Assembly (NCBI RefSeq): GCF_036321535.1
Contig: NC_087436.1
Coordinates: forward strand, 36,210,001-36,274,000
Length of the DNA stretch: 64,000 nt
Direction: 5' to 3'
DNA from: Camelus dromedarius
Lineage: Eukaryota
Numbering within the stretch: the first letter of the stretch is position 1; every line of letters starts with the position of its first letter. This document shows positions 1 to 13,884 of the stretch, in pieces. The position numbers and the translations under genes were made by a program. Under the pieces are notes generated by a model. That model was not told where the DNA came from and made no database searches. It saw only the letters and a list, made by a program, of their open reading frames with translations.

Positions 1-364
1 GCGGAAAATCCAGACAGAGATATCCAGAAGACAGTCAGCTAAACAAATCTGGAGCTCAAAAAAAACCTATGCTAGAAATAAAGATTTAGTAATTGCAGCA
101 AACAGTGGCTACCTTGGGCAAATAGACTGCCCTCAGCCCACAGAGGAAGATATTAAAATGGTTGAGATGCTCCAGAACAGTGTGTAGCAGACGTAAATTA
201 AACAGCAAGGGACAGAACCCTGGGAAGCACCAATACTTATGGGAGGAGTAGAGGGTGTAGAGCAAGTAGAGCCTGGAAAAGAGTGGTCAGGCCAAGCCAG
301 CGCAAGCAGCGGTGTGCTACAGACACACTACACACACACACACAGAGATTTGGAAACTAAGGAA

Positions 365-985
365 CAGAACTGCTACTATTTGCAGATGATACAATTTTCT
401 GCATTAAAAATCAAGAGACTAAATGCAACGTAATATTCTGGACTGGATCCTGGAATAGAAAAACGGTGTTAGTGGAAAAAGCGGTGAAATCCAAATGAAG
501 TCTGTAGTTTAGTTAACAGTAATGTACCAGTATCAGTTTTTTTTTTAAGTTTTGACCAAAGTGCCACAGTTATGTAAGATGTTAACCTTAGGGAAAGCTG
601 GGTAAAGGATATAAGGGGCCTCTGTAAAATCTTTGCAACTCTTCTATAAATCTACAATTATTCTTAAATGAAAAGGTTTTTTAAAGTCAAAATAAAATGC
701 AAATGAACTATTGGAAATACTTCAGTAAGGTTGCTTCATACAAGATTATATAAAAACTAATTGAGTTTCTGTAATCCACAACAAGCTGTTAGAATATACA
801 ATTACTTTCAAAAAGATAACATTTGAGATAATAACTAAATGTACATAGGACTTATATGGAGAAAACTATAAAATCTGATTGAAAGTCATTTGGAAGACTT
901 CATGGGGGAGCTATATATGCTTACAAACGGGAAGACTGAATATAGTTAAGATGTAACTTCTCGCCTCAAATAATCTATAAATATA
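365..985 (+). mobile_element. Old L1 ORF2 remnant interrupted by an L1MC/MD-like 3' end (~420-690)
   Basis: TTTGCAGATGAT (FADD motif) at ~379. Typical L1 3' end text (TGGATCCTGGAA...TCTTTGCAACT...TAAATCTA). ORF2-like sequence resumes at ~700 (GGAAGACTGAATATAGTTAAGATG). Confidence 0.7.
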
Positions 986-2841
986 ATAAACCCACAAGAC
1001 AATGGTCAGAAGTAGAAAACCAAGGAAGAGTAAAAACCAAATGAAGACAGAATCTCAAGTGGGACCTTCTAATGTTAAATGGTACAAAGGAGGTCAGGTA
1101 ATATAAGACTGAAAAGTAACCTTGGATTTAACCAGAGTAAGAATTTGGGAACAGTGAATGCAAACAACTTCCTAAAGAGGTTTGACTGAAATAAACCACA
1201 GAAATTAGATTGTAGTGCTCAGAAAAAATAACATGATGTCAAACGCATAGATTCTGGGGTCAGACGGAATTGGACTCAAAAAATCAGGTTTCACCACTTA
1301 CTGGCTGAGTTTACCGCTCCACCTGCACAATGGAAAATAATTGCTATTGCACAAGGCTGTCATGAAAATTAGATATTAGATCTCTCTCCCAATGTAAACG
1401 TTTTAGCATACAATAATCAAAGATGTTGGCCTCCTACTCTGCCTTCTTTTCTAATGCTTTGTTTTGAGATTTAAGGAATTATATGCATTGTTAGGAAACC
1501 TTGTACTTAACCAAGGACATGAGGATATCTAGGAAAGGGCAAGTATGACCTACAAAATGTGGCTCAGGCATCTTTCAAAACATATGTCATTTATGCTGTA
1601 TATAACATCTTACCATAGTGAGGCTGATTCTTTACCTCTAGCAAATAAAGTTATGGTTTCACTATTCTTAAGGGAATGTAAACGGTACTTACTGCAAAGA
1701 AGACACAGACCTTATACAACTTGTCAATCTATTATCTTGTGTTTACACTCCACAAAATGGTATCCGTTGCCTTTTATGTGTGAGGAACTATTCTAGGAGC
1801 TAGAAATACAATGGTAAGAAAGAACAAAGTCTCTGCCCTCACAGAGCTCATGTTCTAGTGGCAACTGCATGGTATTTCTTTAGTTGGGCCACCATTAATG
1901 TTATTTCTCATTTAAGTAATCTAAAGCCGAAGCACAGGGAAACTTTTAACTTAGAACATGCAAATAATTGGAAAGCAGCTATCAAACACTATTTCAAGGT
2001 TCACTCTATGGGTCCACAAACAACAAGTACTCATACTCCAGACATCCTCATCTCAGAGCACAGCACACATTTTAACTTCTTACTTATTCATTCACAAAAA
2101 ACATTTTAATTTAAAACTTAGTGCTAGAGTGTGTTAGCTTTCAAATAAAGTCATGTTTTTGAGTCAAAAAGTAACTGAGTCAGGTTTAGTAGTCTCCTTG
2201 GAACCAAAATTCATGAGTAACTGATACCTACCTTCCAAGACATAACCCACTGGTTTCTTTTCTTCTATCAGGAATCATTTAATTTAAAATTATGTTGAAG
2301 ACCTGCATAATGCTACGTAACAAAAGAAACGCATTTGCTGAAAATGAAAAACTTTAAATCTCCATATGGAATACTGGAGGTAATAAGCAGATCCATAACA
2401 AAGAGCAGATAAATAAACCTAAATTTATTTATCTATTCCTTCCTTCCTTGGGTGAACAAAACACAAATTTGGCTAACAAGCTTTGCACAGCCCTCTCATT
2501 AAACTTTCCTTTTTCAGTATGTCCTTTTGCATATCATCCCAGAACCCCCAAACCACATATTCCATTCTCTTCACAACTCAACTGGCTGGTTAAAGTTTAT
2601 AGATAAGAACATTAGACACACAGATAGCTCATTAAAATTCTTAGCAACTCCTCAGTTTGCAAAGAAGGTTAAAATTGGACATAATATGAAAAAAAGAAAA
2701 AGAGGAAAGAAGGAAGGGAAGGACTGAGAAATCCATGAATTCCTTCATTACTACTCAATCAGGACGTGGATTTATGAGTCCATTAAATCTTTCTGTGTAC
2801 CAATTCTTATATTCACAAAGTGACAATTGTTTTTATTAGGG

Positions 2842-3437
2842 TGAAGGAGAATTAATAAAATGGCCGCACTCAGGCTAACAGACTGCTTACTGTTATGCTT
2901 GCCCTTAAAATGGTCAACTAACCTGATAACCAGTTGCTACTCACAGCTCCAGGCCCACTGTTAAAAGTAGAGCTATTAATTTTACTGTTTCTACTTTATT
3001 CCAGTAATCGAAAGTAATAATCATGCTTGGTCTCTGAGTCAATCTCCAGGGAGGTCACCGGACTGTAACCTTACAAAATAGCCTGAATTACCAAAAAGGC
3101 CATGCCTTGGGCTCTTAGAAGCTAAAGAGATTGAAAGAGCGACAACCACTAGCCTCCACAGAATTGGTCACCTGGAGACACCATGACGCCACTCTGAGTC
3201 TTATGAGAAGAAAATGATTCTGTTGAATGTTATCGATACTTTATTGTTTAAGGTACGGCTATATAATCACCCTGCCCCAGCCCCAAGATGGGCTCACAGT
3301 TTTGAAGGCACTAGCCTGCTGTGAGTCCCCTTTGGCTGGCAAAGCAATAAAGCTGTCTCCTTTCTTCTAAGCTCCAAGACCCTGTCTCTGAGTTTCAATT
3401 CGCATCATCAGGGACAGGGGCCGATCTTTCGGCAACG
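2842..3437 (+). mobile_element. Solo ERV1-type LTR
   Basis: Starts TGAAGG. TATA-like TATATAA at ~3260, AATAAAG at ~3346, U5-like end TTTCGGCAAC. No clean TSD seen. Confidence 0.7.
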
Positions 3438-3981
3438 ATGGGACTTAGGACTATCAATGATGACAAAATATTTAAAACAGTTTAAATAAAAGTAAGTGTA
3501 ATAAAACATGTCTGAAATACTAAATTTGTTGTCATTTACATCTAAGCCGAATTATTTAATTTTTGCAATAAAAAAACTGAAAATGTACAGCTGATTTATG
3601 CCAAAGACAGAACTGTTACAAGCACTTCCAATCCATAAAAACCTACAAAAATCAATTTCCTCCAATAGCTCCTCTACTGGATCTCATACTTCATGTCCTA
3701 AAGTGCAAGTGTTTGAGCTGCTGAGCCACAGATAAGGGTAAGTGTAACACATGCCTGAACAGCTGTAGACATTAGATGATTCCAGATTCCTCTAATAACA
3801 CAGAAGCTTGTATAAGAATGGCGATGGCTTTTACTCTACCATGGCATCACATAATGAAGTCAGATTGATAGCAAAAAAGAAAAGACTATGTGGCACCTTG
3901 CATTCCAGAAGCTCCAAGTGCAACACAAGGTTAAAACAGAGCTGTGCAGCATCTTTGAAGATAATTTCAAAGATGGAAAGA

Positions 3982-4630
3982 GAGAAATGCTGGAGAGGAT
4001 GTGGAGAAAAGGGAACCCTTCTACAGTGTTGGTGGGAATGTACTTTGGTGCAGTCGTTATGGAAAACAGTATGGAGATTCCTCAAAAAACTAAAAATAAA
4101 CTTACCATATGATCCAGCAATCCCACCCTAGGCATATATCCAGAGGGAAACTTAATTCAAAAAGATACATGCACCCTAATGTTCATAGCAGCTCTATATA
4201 CAATAGCCAAGACATGGAAACAACCATCAACAGATAACTGGATAAAAAATACCATATGATATCACTTATATGTGGAATCTGAAAAAAAAAAGCCAAACGA
4301 ACTTATTTGCAAAAGAGAAACAGACTCTTAGACATAGAGAACAAACTTGTGGTTACCAGGGTGGGGTGGGGAATAAATTGGGAGTTAGAGATTTGCAGAT
4401 ACTGATATATATAGAAGAGAGAAACAAGTTCATGCCCTATAGCACAGAGAACTATCTTCATTATCTTGTAGTAACTTATGGTGAAAAAGAATATGAAAAT
4501 GAATATATGTATGTTCATGTATGACTGAAGCATTATGTTGTACACCAGAAATTGACATAACATTGTAAACTGACTATACTTCAATAAAAAAAAAAAAATA
4601 TATATATATATATACAAAAAAAAAAAAAAG
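3982..4630 (+). mobile_element. Lineage-specific L1 3' fragment with poly(A)/(AT)n tail
   Basis: Encodes [18 protein letters not shown] (ORF2 C-terminal Cys motif). 3' UTR shared with copies at 10.8, 23.6, 36.5 and 52.2 kb. AATAAA then A tail. Confidence 0.9.
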
Positions 4631-5064
4631 AGTTCAAAGTTGTAACATGCATCAGTAAATAGTCACAACAGGTGAAGAAAACATGTTCCCGCACCTTCTC
4701 TACAGCTGCCAGGGGCCCCGACAGTTTCTGACTATTCTAGTGGCAGGGAGAGGCCAGAAAAGCTTGCCACCCAGGGCATTTCTCGGCCTGCCTTGCAGAG
4801 GTAGTGTAATTCAGGCAGGAAAATTCCGTCAGGCCTTGGCAGGGCATTTTCTGGCAAGCATAGCTGCAGCATTGACAGCTCAGTAATCTAGACTTTAGGA
4901 CCCCCCCGCTGTCTCCTGGCACAGCAACCCGAGCAACACTGAGAGCATGCATGGATAAATACCAGCTTCCACAACACAAGTCATCAGCTCTACACAAATG
5001 TTAAAGGGGCCTTTTTTTTCCAGAGGTCAACTGTTGGAGAAATGTTTCTAAAAATAACTTGGCC

Positions 5065-5350
5065 ACAAAACTATGGAAATGGAGAATACATTGGCAGTTG
5101 CCAGAGGTAGGGTTGGGGGGTGGTGAGCGTGGGCATAAAAAGGGCAACCTGAGGAATCCTTGCGATGATGGAGGTGTTCGGTGTCTTGGCTGTGTCGACG
5201 TCAATACCCTGGTGTAATATTATACTTTGGAGCTGCAAGATGTTACAATTGGGGAAAACCGGGCAGAGGGGACATGGAATCTCTGTATTATTTCCTATGA
5301 TTGCATGTGTATCTATAATTACCCTCAAAATTTAGAAAAAATTTTAAAAT
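5065..5350 (+). mobile_element. Old L1 (L1MC-like) 3' end
   Basis: ATGGAGAATACATTGGCAGTTGCCAG...TGCAAGATGTTACAATTGGGGAAAAC...TCTCTGTATTATTTC. Confidence 0.7.
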
Positions 5351-8300
5351 GTCAGCCAACTAGTTCAAAATCTCACCTAGTTTAAGAATTAACATTTGAA
5401 ACATGTACTTTAAGGTACAAAGAATTATTTGAGAGAAAAAAATGCCAAGCAATGTAAAGAACCCTCTAGATTTTACTGTTACTGTAACTTCAGTTTCCAC
5501 GGTAGAACAAAAGTGGATGAAACTGAAAACCCACAGCTGGAAGAGCCCAGAGACCAAATAATTAAGTCTCTAATGTATGTAGGTTTCTTTAATTCTACAA
5601 CTTGTGGTTGACTCACTGTGAGCTCGGTCTTACCAAAGCACATGGAATAAAACACAACACAATACAGTATAAAAATCTGACGCAAAGTTTCAGTTAATAT
5701 TATATTTTAATGATTTAACTCTAATAATCATGGGGAAAATATGAAATGATTCTAAGAGGAATCATTATTTGAAAATTCTTGTTTTTGATGGCTTACCCTA
5801 CTTACCAGGTTCTCAATTATTCAGAGGCTCATTACATGGTCTGTGGGCTACTCTGCCCCCATGGGTTCTCAATTTCTTCCATTCTCTACTCATGGCCTCT
5901 GAATACTTTCACTAGAGGTGTAGACAGTGGGCAGAGGAAAGAAGAATGAAGCTCAAATATCAATTTTGCTATCTGTTTGTTGCCAAATTAAAAAGATTTT
6001 TCATTAGTAAAAGAATGCTAAGAATTGCTCTGGTGACCCTGGAACATGTGGTCCCTTCACATTCCTTTATATTTCCTGTAACGTTTACTGAGTGAACGGG
6101 AAGCTCGTCTGCTCCTGGGGCAGACGTCTGTGCTACTTAGGAGAGACCGTCTCCCAGCAGAGGCCTCCGAAGCTGCAGGTGCAAGCACCAGGTTTCAGAG
6201 AGGCCGCTGCTGACTGATGAGACCGACGGCAGACGGGCCTCGAAGGAAGTCAGTAGCCTAATTCAGGCCAAACTGTTGAAAGGCAGACCTTCAGTCATGC
6301 TTGGCTCCTGCTCTAAGCTGAGAAACATTTCCACTGAAAAACAACCCGTGACGTTTCTAAATTTTAGTTCTACGACACAAATCAATTCTTGAAAAATCCT
6401 TATCAGCCCTTTGGGTTTGTCTCAGAGTAAACGGAGTTCAGCATTTAAGGAACTCTGAAAATACTTGTACTCAAAGCGGGGCGGCAAACTCGAAGGCCTA
6501 CAGGGACAATGTGAGTAACCTACAGGAGAGAGCAGCTTAGCAGTAAGACCAGGAGGAGCAGGCATAGTGAGGACCGCGATAAGCCACAGGGGACAGACCC
6601 CCAGCTGGTGGGGCAGCCATGACTCAGCCCCAGCTGAGTGCTCACACATGCAGTTTGGAGTTTGGCTTGTGGGTCACCAAGTTGAGATCCCTGTTTCAAA
6701 GGGCTATTAACCTGGCCAGAGCACCCTAAAATCACAAGCAACTCAGAGAAAAATTGACAGCAAAAATATAAACTGCCTCAAGAAAGTATTTTTAAAATCA
6801 AGCCAATGAACCCAAGAGATAAAGCATCTCCTGACTATAGCCTTTTCTTGGCGATTCCTTCAACCTTTTAGAGTGGCTTCTTGGATGATTTCAGAGAGCC
6901 TGAGCTCTCTCTCAAAGCTAAGTGCCCCTGGAGATAATGCAACCAGCTTGGCTGGTCATGCACCTCCCCTAGGGGCGCATGCAAATTAGCTGTTTGTGTT
7001 CCTGGCACTTCTTTCTGGATTGGAGAGTTCACATTCATCTACAAAAATCACACAACTCAGGCAGCTCCAGCACAGAAAACAGAGCAGTAAGTGTGTGCCT
7101 GGGGAGGGAGGAGCTTCAGGGGAAAGGCAAGTAGGGGCACAGGGTGGAGAAGGGAAGCTGCCCAGAGACTTCCAGTTATTTAACTCCACTCTCCGACACA
7201 GTCATTCTATTTGACTGGTAAAATCATTAGGAAAACACCTCTTAAAGCAGGCTGAAGACAAGAGAGTTTTATGTGACCCTCATGAAAATAGCCCGGCGGC
7301 ACGTCTCTCGATCAATGACGAGCATTACCGCGGCCTGCTCTGTGGAAACCCCTGCCGGCAGCCAAGAGCTCAAGGCCTATTTCCAACACTTCTGCGGGGC
7401 CCTCCCAAGGAAAACGCCCCCCTGCACCCCTCACATGACACCGCTTGGTGGCCTGAGTAGGAAGCTGGAAACGGCGCCTTGGCCTGAAAGTCTCCACAAA
7501 GCAGCAGGGCCCCTTCTTTGGCTGTGCTAAGAAGTTAAAGGAATAAAACAGGGTCACAGGAAAAGAGCACGGCTCCACCCCCAAGAATGCAGCCGCCCTG
7601 AAGTCCAAGTTAATAAAGTTAAGTGGACTACTCTCGAGTTCTTTAAAATAGGGTATTTGAAGCTGTGGTTAAAAGTTGGTGGAGCAGGGGAGATCCTTCA
7701 AAAACATTCTCCATTTCGTTACACAGTATCTTGATAACTGAGGTGAAACACTATCACTGGTTTCACAAAACTGCGATGCCTCTGGAATGAAAGTGAGCAA
7801 TACTGAAGTAATGTCAAGGGCTAACTGAATATGCTTGGTAAACTTCCTTAGGTTAATGGCTTTCTGTGTTTATCACTTTAAAGTGTTTTTTTCCTCATAT
7901 GAACAAGAAGCTATTCTTTCAATGTCCTATTTTTAAAATTGTATGTGATCCAAGAGGCTTACAGATCTAAAAAAGAAAAATCAGAATGGCTTTCTCTTCC
8001 CATGTTCCTAACACGTGGTATACGCTCTGTCTACAGAAGAACCAGGGCTCCCATCACGCAGTGTAACTCACTAAGCTCACTCCCCCAGCTCCCATTGGCA
8101 TCCAGGGCACAGACACTGAGTGCTCAACTGATGTCTGCTTTTAATGCTGAAGGTAATTCATGAAACTGCCTTCCGCATCTCTCTCCATTTACTATATGAG
8201 AACACACCTTTTTATTAGACTTCATTGATGTTGTCAATTTTAGTTTACAAAAAGTATGACATAACTAAGTCTTGTTCATATTCTTCATCAAACAAATACT

Positions 8301-9250
8301 TATGAGGCACTCAGTGTGCACCAAGCACAGCATTAGATCACACGCTAGCACCACCGGCAACAATAAAAACAGACTACGTGGATGTAAACCAAACCAAGAC
8401 AGGAGTAGTGCAATTAACAAGACAGTTCAAGATTTTTAAAAATTAAGGAATTTCATCAAAAGGGATCTAATGTTCAACCCCCTGAAATATCTGATTACCC
8501 CCTTAGCCTTCTACCTAATTCTCAAAAACAAAAACAGTAACAATACAATCCTTTCCACTTTAATCTTCAGGATTTTTGCTCTGCCGCGACATGACCTCCT
8601 CCATTCCCCTCGGTGTTCCAAGATACTTACAATGTAGATGAACTTAAATTCTTTCATTAAGGACCTTCCCTCCTCACTCTCTTGATTCTAAAGGGTGGAA
8701 GATATACAATAGTGAAAAAAGAGTTGCATAAGTGGAGTAAGGTCGGATAAATAAGGGCCTTGGAAAAACAAACAGGTTTAATGCAATAGGCTAGATTTAA
8801 TGTACTAACAACCAAATACCCTGCAGGTTCTTGGAAAGAAAGGCATTGAACTGAAAGCAATGTTTAAAGAAAATCTAACTGAAAGGTTATTGCAGCTGTC
8901 ATGTGTAAGATAATACAAATGTGGACTTTGATGGTGGCAGTGAGGGTGGAGAGCAAAGGAGTAAATGCCAGGGTTTCATGAAGTCTGGATTTTGGTACAA
9001 AATAAAAATAAGAAGGGGGGGAAGTTGTGTTTAGGTTTTTCAACTTGGAAATATGACAACTGATGGAATAATCTGGGGGGAAAACTGATCAAATGAGGAT
9101 ACCCAGTTTATGATCCAGCTCCAGCTCCAGGTTCTTGAACAAGAACAATGAACTGCTTATTTGATTGGAAGTGAAGTTGGTTAGGTTCAAGCTAACAGAG
9201 TGACAGCCAAGTGAAGATGTTTTCCAGACAGCAGGGATTTGGAAACTGGA

Positions 9251-9715
9251 TGTAGTGGACTTATTTTGGTAGCTCCAATGAACCACACCTCTTGATAGTC
9301 ATACCTTGTGTAATCCCTCCCATATTGACTCTAGTCGTGGGCCACGCTGACTGAATCTGGTCAATGGGACATTAGCAAGCATGATGTAAACGGTCCTTAC
9401 CCACTGGAGCTTGCTCTTGCGATCCAGCCACTATGTAAAGAAGCCCAAGCTAGTCTCATGGAGAGACCACGTGGAGAAAGAGACCCTTAGGTTTCCAGCT
9501 ACCTTGCCAAGGCGCCAGACACCTAAGTAAAGCCATTCTCGGTATTCCTCTTTCTGCCACCACTGGACTGCAGCTACATGAGAAACCCCAAACCATGTTA
9601 GCAGAGGGACCATCCAGCTGAACTACTGACAGTCCACAGAATCATGAGAAATAACAATATGGTAATTTTAGGCCATTACATTTTGAGATGTTTGTTATAC
9701 AGCAATAGATAAGTG
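9251..9715 (+). mobile_element. MaLR LTR (MLT1G/H-like)
   Basis: CAGCCACTATGTAAAGAAGCCCAAG...CACAGAATCATGAGAAATAA...TTTGTTATACAGCAATAGATAA, typical of MLT1. Confidence 0.75.
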
Positions 9716-10829
9716 AAGTGCTGGAGGACAGAAGAGGTACAAGTCTGTAAAATGCAGATTTAGGAATAATAAACAACAGCTAACATCCATTCAGGGCTTA
9801 CTACCTGACGTATTAATACTCACAACAATATTAACATTAATTAACATTAATATTGCCCCCACTTAGCAGATGAGGAAACTGGTAGTTGAAGAAATTAAGT
9901 AACCTACCCAAGATCGTGTAACTAGAAAGGCACAGCTGAGACAGAAAGCCAGGTCTCCGCAGTACTCGCACAGACGTGCAAGACGAAGCCCTGAGAGCCA
10001 GCTCACAGAGGAGCGAGAATACAAGGGAAAGGGGAATGACGGTAGGGCTGGGGCCAGAAGAACAACTTGATCACAGTTTTGCATTCTTCTCTAACTTCAG
10101 GAGTAGCTGTTGAGAGCATTCTAGGTGAGGAATGAGTCGATCCCAGCCCCTGTGTAGAAAGCCAGGTCCGGCTTGTCATTTACCTGTGCACCCAACCCCA
10201 ACCACAGCGGTGTCCCCTCTTGGCCTCGCATGTCTTCTACTTTAGGGTCGTTACTCTCTGCCTGTCTCCAGGGACAGGCCCAACACGAAGTGCCCTCTTT
10301 TCTGGGCTCACCCTCTTTTCCTTTGGCCATGCCTATTTGGGATGACATTATCAGCCCTTCTTCAAACTGATTCTTTCAACCTCCAGGAGAAACTGGGTCA
10401 AAAATCCTCAGAACTTGGCCCCTAGAAATCAATCATCTAGTGCAGACTTTTCAGTTAAAGACAAGGAAGCAGAGTCCCAAGTTGGGTGACGGCTTTTCCC
10501 AAGATCACCTCATGACCCAGGGTCAAAAGTCAACAGTCCTCTCTCTGGGTGCCGAGCGGCACTGCCCTGAGAAGCATTTCACGCTATCATTTGCTATCAT
10601 TTCCTCAGTGTCGTTCTTCAAGGAATAGCTAGTTGAAAGAATGCTAAAACTTCTTTGTTCCAAGCAATTAATTAGTTGTGCGAGGATGGGTGGGAGGGGT
10701 GGGAAGCAGACGAATGAAGGAAAATACCAAGAAGGGGATTTATCTTCCCAAAGAAGATATTTTTATGCTGTCTTCTTATGCCTTATAGTAAAAGACAAAG
10801 AGTTAATTGCTATAGTTTATAAAGTTAAA

Positions 10830-11082
10830 AAATTACCAGGGGAAAGGGGGTGGGAAGGGATAAATTTAGGAGTTTGAGATTTGCAAATGTTAACCACTAT
10901 ATATAAAAACAGATTTTAAAAATTTCTTCTGTACAGCACAGGGAACTATACTCAATATCTTATAATAACCTTTAATGAAAAAGAATATGAAAATGAATAT
11001 ATGTATGTGCATGACTGGGACATTATGCTGTATATCAGAAATTGACACATTATAACTGACTATACCTCAATTTAAAAAATAA
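10830..11082 (+). mobile_element. Lineage-specific L1 3' UTR tail
   Basis: GGGGGTGGGAAGGGATAAATT...TGAAAAAGAATATGAAAATGAATATA...GACTATACCTCAAT; matches the other tails. Confidence 0.85.
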
Positions 11083-13884
11083 ATTCACAAAAGTACAAAT
11101 AGCAAAGCAAGTAGCATTTGCTCTAGTATTCACACTTCTATCCCAAAAAACGAGCCTTAAAGCATAATTACTGAATGTATTTCCTTTCCCTGTGCCAAGA
11201 AAAATCATCATTTTTGTTTTCTTTTGCTCCCTTCTCCTGTGCAGATTTGGAACCACTCTCTGAAGAGAACGCCAAGAGCCCCATACAACTAATTACTCAG
11301 AGTTTTGAATATGAAAGTCTGTCTCAGCCTAAATCTCTTGCGTACTCCTGGGTGTGTGTTTGTTTTTCCCTCTTCCTTCCTTTCCCTCTTTACTTTCTAC
11401 CTCCCTTACTCTGTCTGCTCTCCTGATTTAATTTATTCTTTCTGCTTCCTCCAAAAGATAAATTTGGCTATGTGAAAGAGGTAAAAAAAAAAAAAAAATC
11501 AGATATCCATGAAGGCGTCCACCATTGTCTCTGCACTATTTTTGGAGGAAAAAGGAAAGGCTTTAGGCACAGAAAGTGATTCTGTTCGAGATGCTCTGAA
11601 CTGAAACCTCTTATCTCAGGCATGGAAGGGAGTTGCCCTCCCGAGTAAACTGTTCCAAGACCAGAAACAAATATATCTCACTCTTCTCAGCCCATACCTT
11701 TTACTGTCGTAATGATCTATCCCCCTACAAAGAATTTCTAAAGTATTCTACTTTCTACAGCTACAGGAATGGTGATTTTCACAAAAAGAAAATATTATTC
11801 AGGATCTAGGCATAGTCTTCCATAGTCTGGGCAACACAAGGGATTAAACTCCTGATCTGCATTTTTTCAGATCGACAGAAAGAACGTTTAAACCAGGAGG
11901 GTGCTTTATAGATCACCTATTCCAACACCGATGTTTTTAAAAATAGAAAACAGTCGCCTTTACCAAAAGATGTTTTCCTTACCCTACCCAGACCTTTCCC
12001 CCTTGCAACACTCAAATCGTGAGGGCTGCTTGCAACACCACTGGGACTCCAGCACACTGGGGTCCAGCCAAGTCTTCCAAACAGCCATGTTCAACTGGGA
12101 TCTGGTCTCTCCCCTCTTAGTGTACGAAGCCATTTCCCGGCTTCCTGCAGCAGCATCTACAACGTTAATTTTGTGTCACCATACTAAAGTCTTTCCTTCT
12201 TCAAGGTCCATCCTCTCTCTTCCTCTTTGCCAGTGCTACCCACTGACTGGTCACTGTCACTCACTGAAGACCTTGGAACTTGGTACCTCACGTCTCTTGC
12301 CATCATCTCGAAAGACTTCACTGTTCTTGGAGAAGACCCACCAACAATGTAGCCTCAAGATCCTTGGCTGATCAAATCCAGCAACCGGCATTCACTATCC
12401 TCATGGCCCTGCCATCATTCGAGAGCTGCTTCACCCCGAACTCTGAGTGGTACAGGCTCATTTCCTCTGGCTGGTTTTTCAGCCTCAATGGCTTAACTGA
12501 TCTTTACTCCACCATGTACCTACCCCTCCTCAGCCTCTTGGGCTTCCCTTCCTTGTCACTCTAAAGTCTGTGGGGCATCATGCAACTCTCCTGCTTTTTC
12601 TTTCTAGCACTTCTTAAAGCCAAGCCCCAATTTTTGGATCAACATGGCCATCTGGCTTCTCCACTCCTGCCCTTGCACCGTTGGAAATGTACATGGAGGG
12701 GACCCAACCATCCAGAGTGGTGTTATTAGGAATGTGGGGTCTCCAGCCCTTGAGTGGGCCCTCAGCACATGGTTAGCCACCATGGGCATGTCACAGGGCT
12801 CTCCTCTCCCGTTCTCCACAGCAGCCACCAAACTCACACCTTGCCCCACAGGCCTGGCCTGCAGCCACACCTCTCCCTCTCGAAGACAACCTTGCCTCCT
12901 AAGAAAAAACTGACGAGCACAAAGTCCCTCAATGTTCCCTACCTAAAACGGATTCACTCATTCTGTCGGCCAAGCAAAGCTCATCAGTCTTTTTTTTTTT
13001 TTTTAACAGCAACTCAAGCCACCAAAGAGGGTTTATCATTTTGTGCCATTCTGCTACAAAATCAGCACACTGACATCTCTGTGTATCCAGTGATACTGTA
13101 TGGCATGGCCTTCTAGCTTCCCAATGGGGAGGTATCTTGCTCCTGAGGACATAGACAAAGAGACCTAGTCAAGGAGAACAACCGGTCCAGGGTGCAGGTA
13201 AGGGAGATCGGTGGTACATGGAAACACTCCCCTGCACCTGGCCCAGCACCTAATCGCACCTCCTCACATTCCCTGCTCTCTCGCAGCAGTGCCAGTGATA
13301 CGTTCTGAAAAGCAGAAAGTCATCTGGGAACCACCACCTTCCCTTCCTTCTCTTCAGTCTCGGACAACCTACAGCAGAAGTGCCTCTAGTTATGCTGATG
13401 TCCCTGCTTCTAACCAGTGCTAATTTTCCTCTACAAGAGAAGAGGATGATGCTAAAACAGAAGCAACAGACATTTCCAAGCTCAGACTAGAATGTGACTT
13501 AAAAAAAAAAAAAACTAGCACCTGTTTCACCCAATTGGACTGCAGGCTCAACTCCCCTCTGCTGTCAGGTCCTCGGGAACAGGCATCTGAGGCCAGTTCA
13601 CTTCTGTGATGGGGGAGGAGCAGGGGAGCCTTCGGAGCAGATGGGAGCTGACAGGGACCAGGGACAGCAGTAATCCTACCCATGACCACAGGCAACAGCA
13701 GCCCAAAACATCTCCACAAGTATTACTGTCATCTTGCTGGGAATCCTTTTTTGTTTGTTTGTTTAATTTAATAATATCTCTTTTTCTGGAATAGGATCAT
13801 CATCCTTGTTTCCAGAAATCCTAGAGAAGCAAAACTAACCCACACACGTCAGGGGAAGGAAAAGAGAACCAGAAGAGCTAATGA

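Noticed and set aside
11901..12564. 156-aa and 94-aa ORFs
   Set aside because: Pyrimidine-rich, L2-like degraded sequence with no protein similarity that I recognise.
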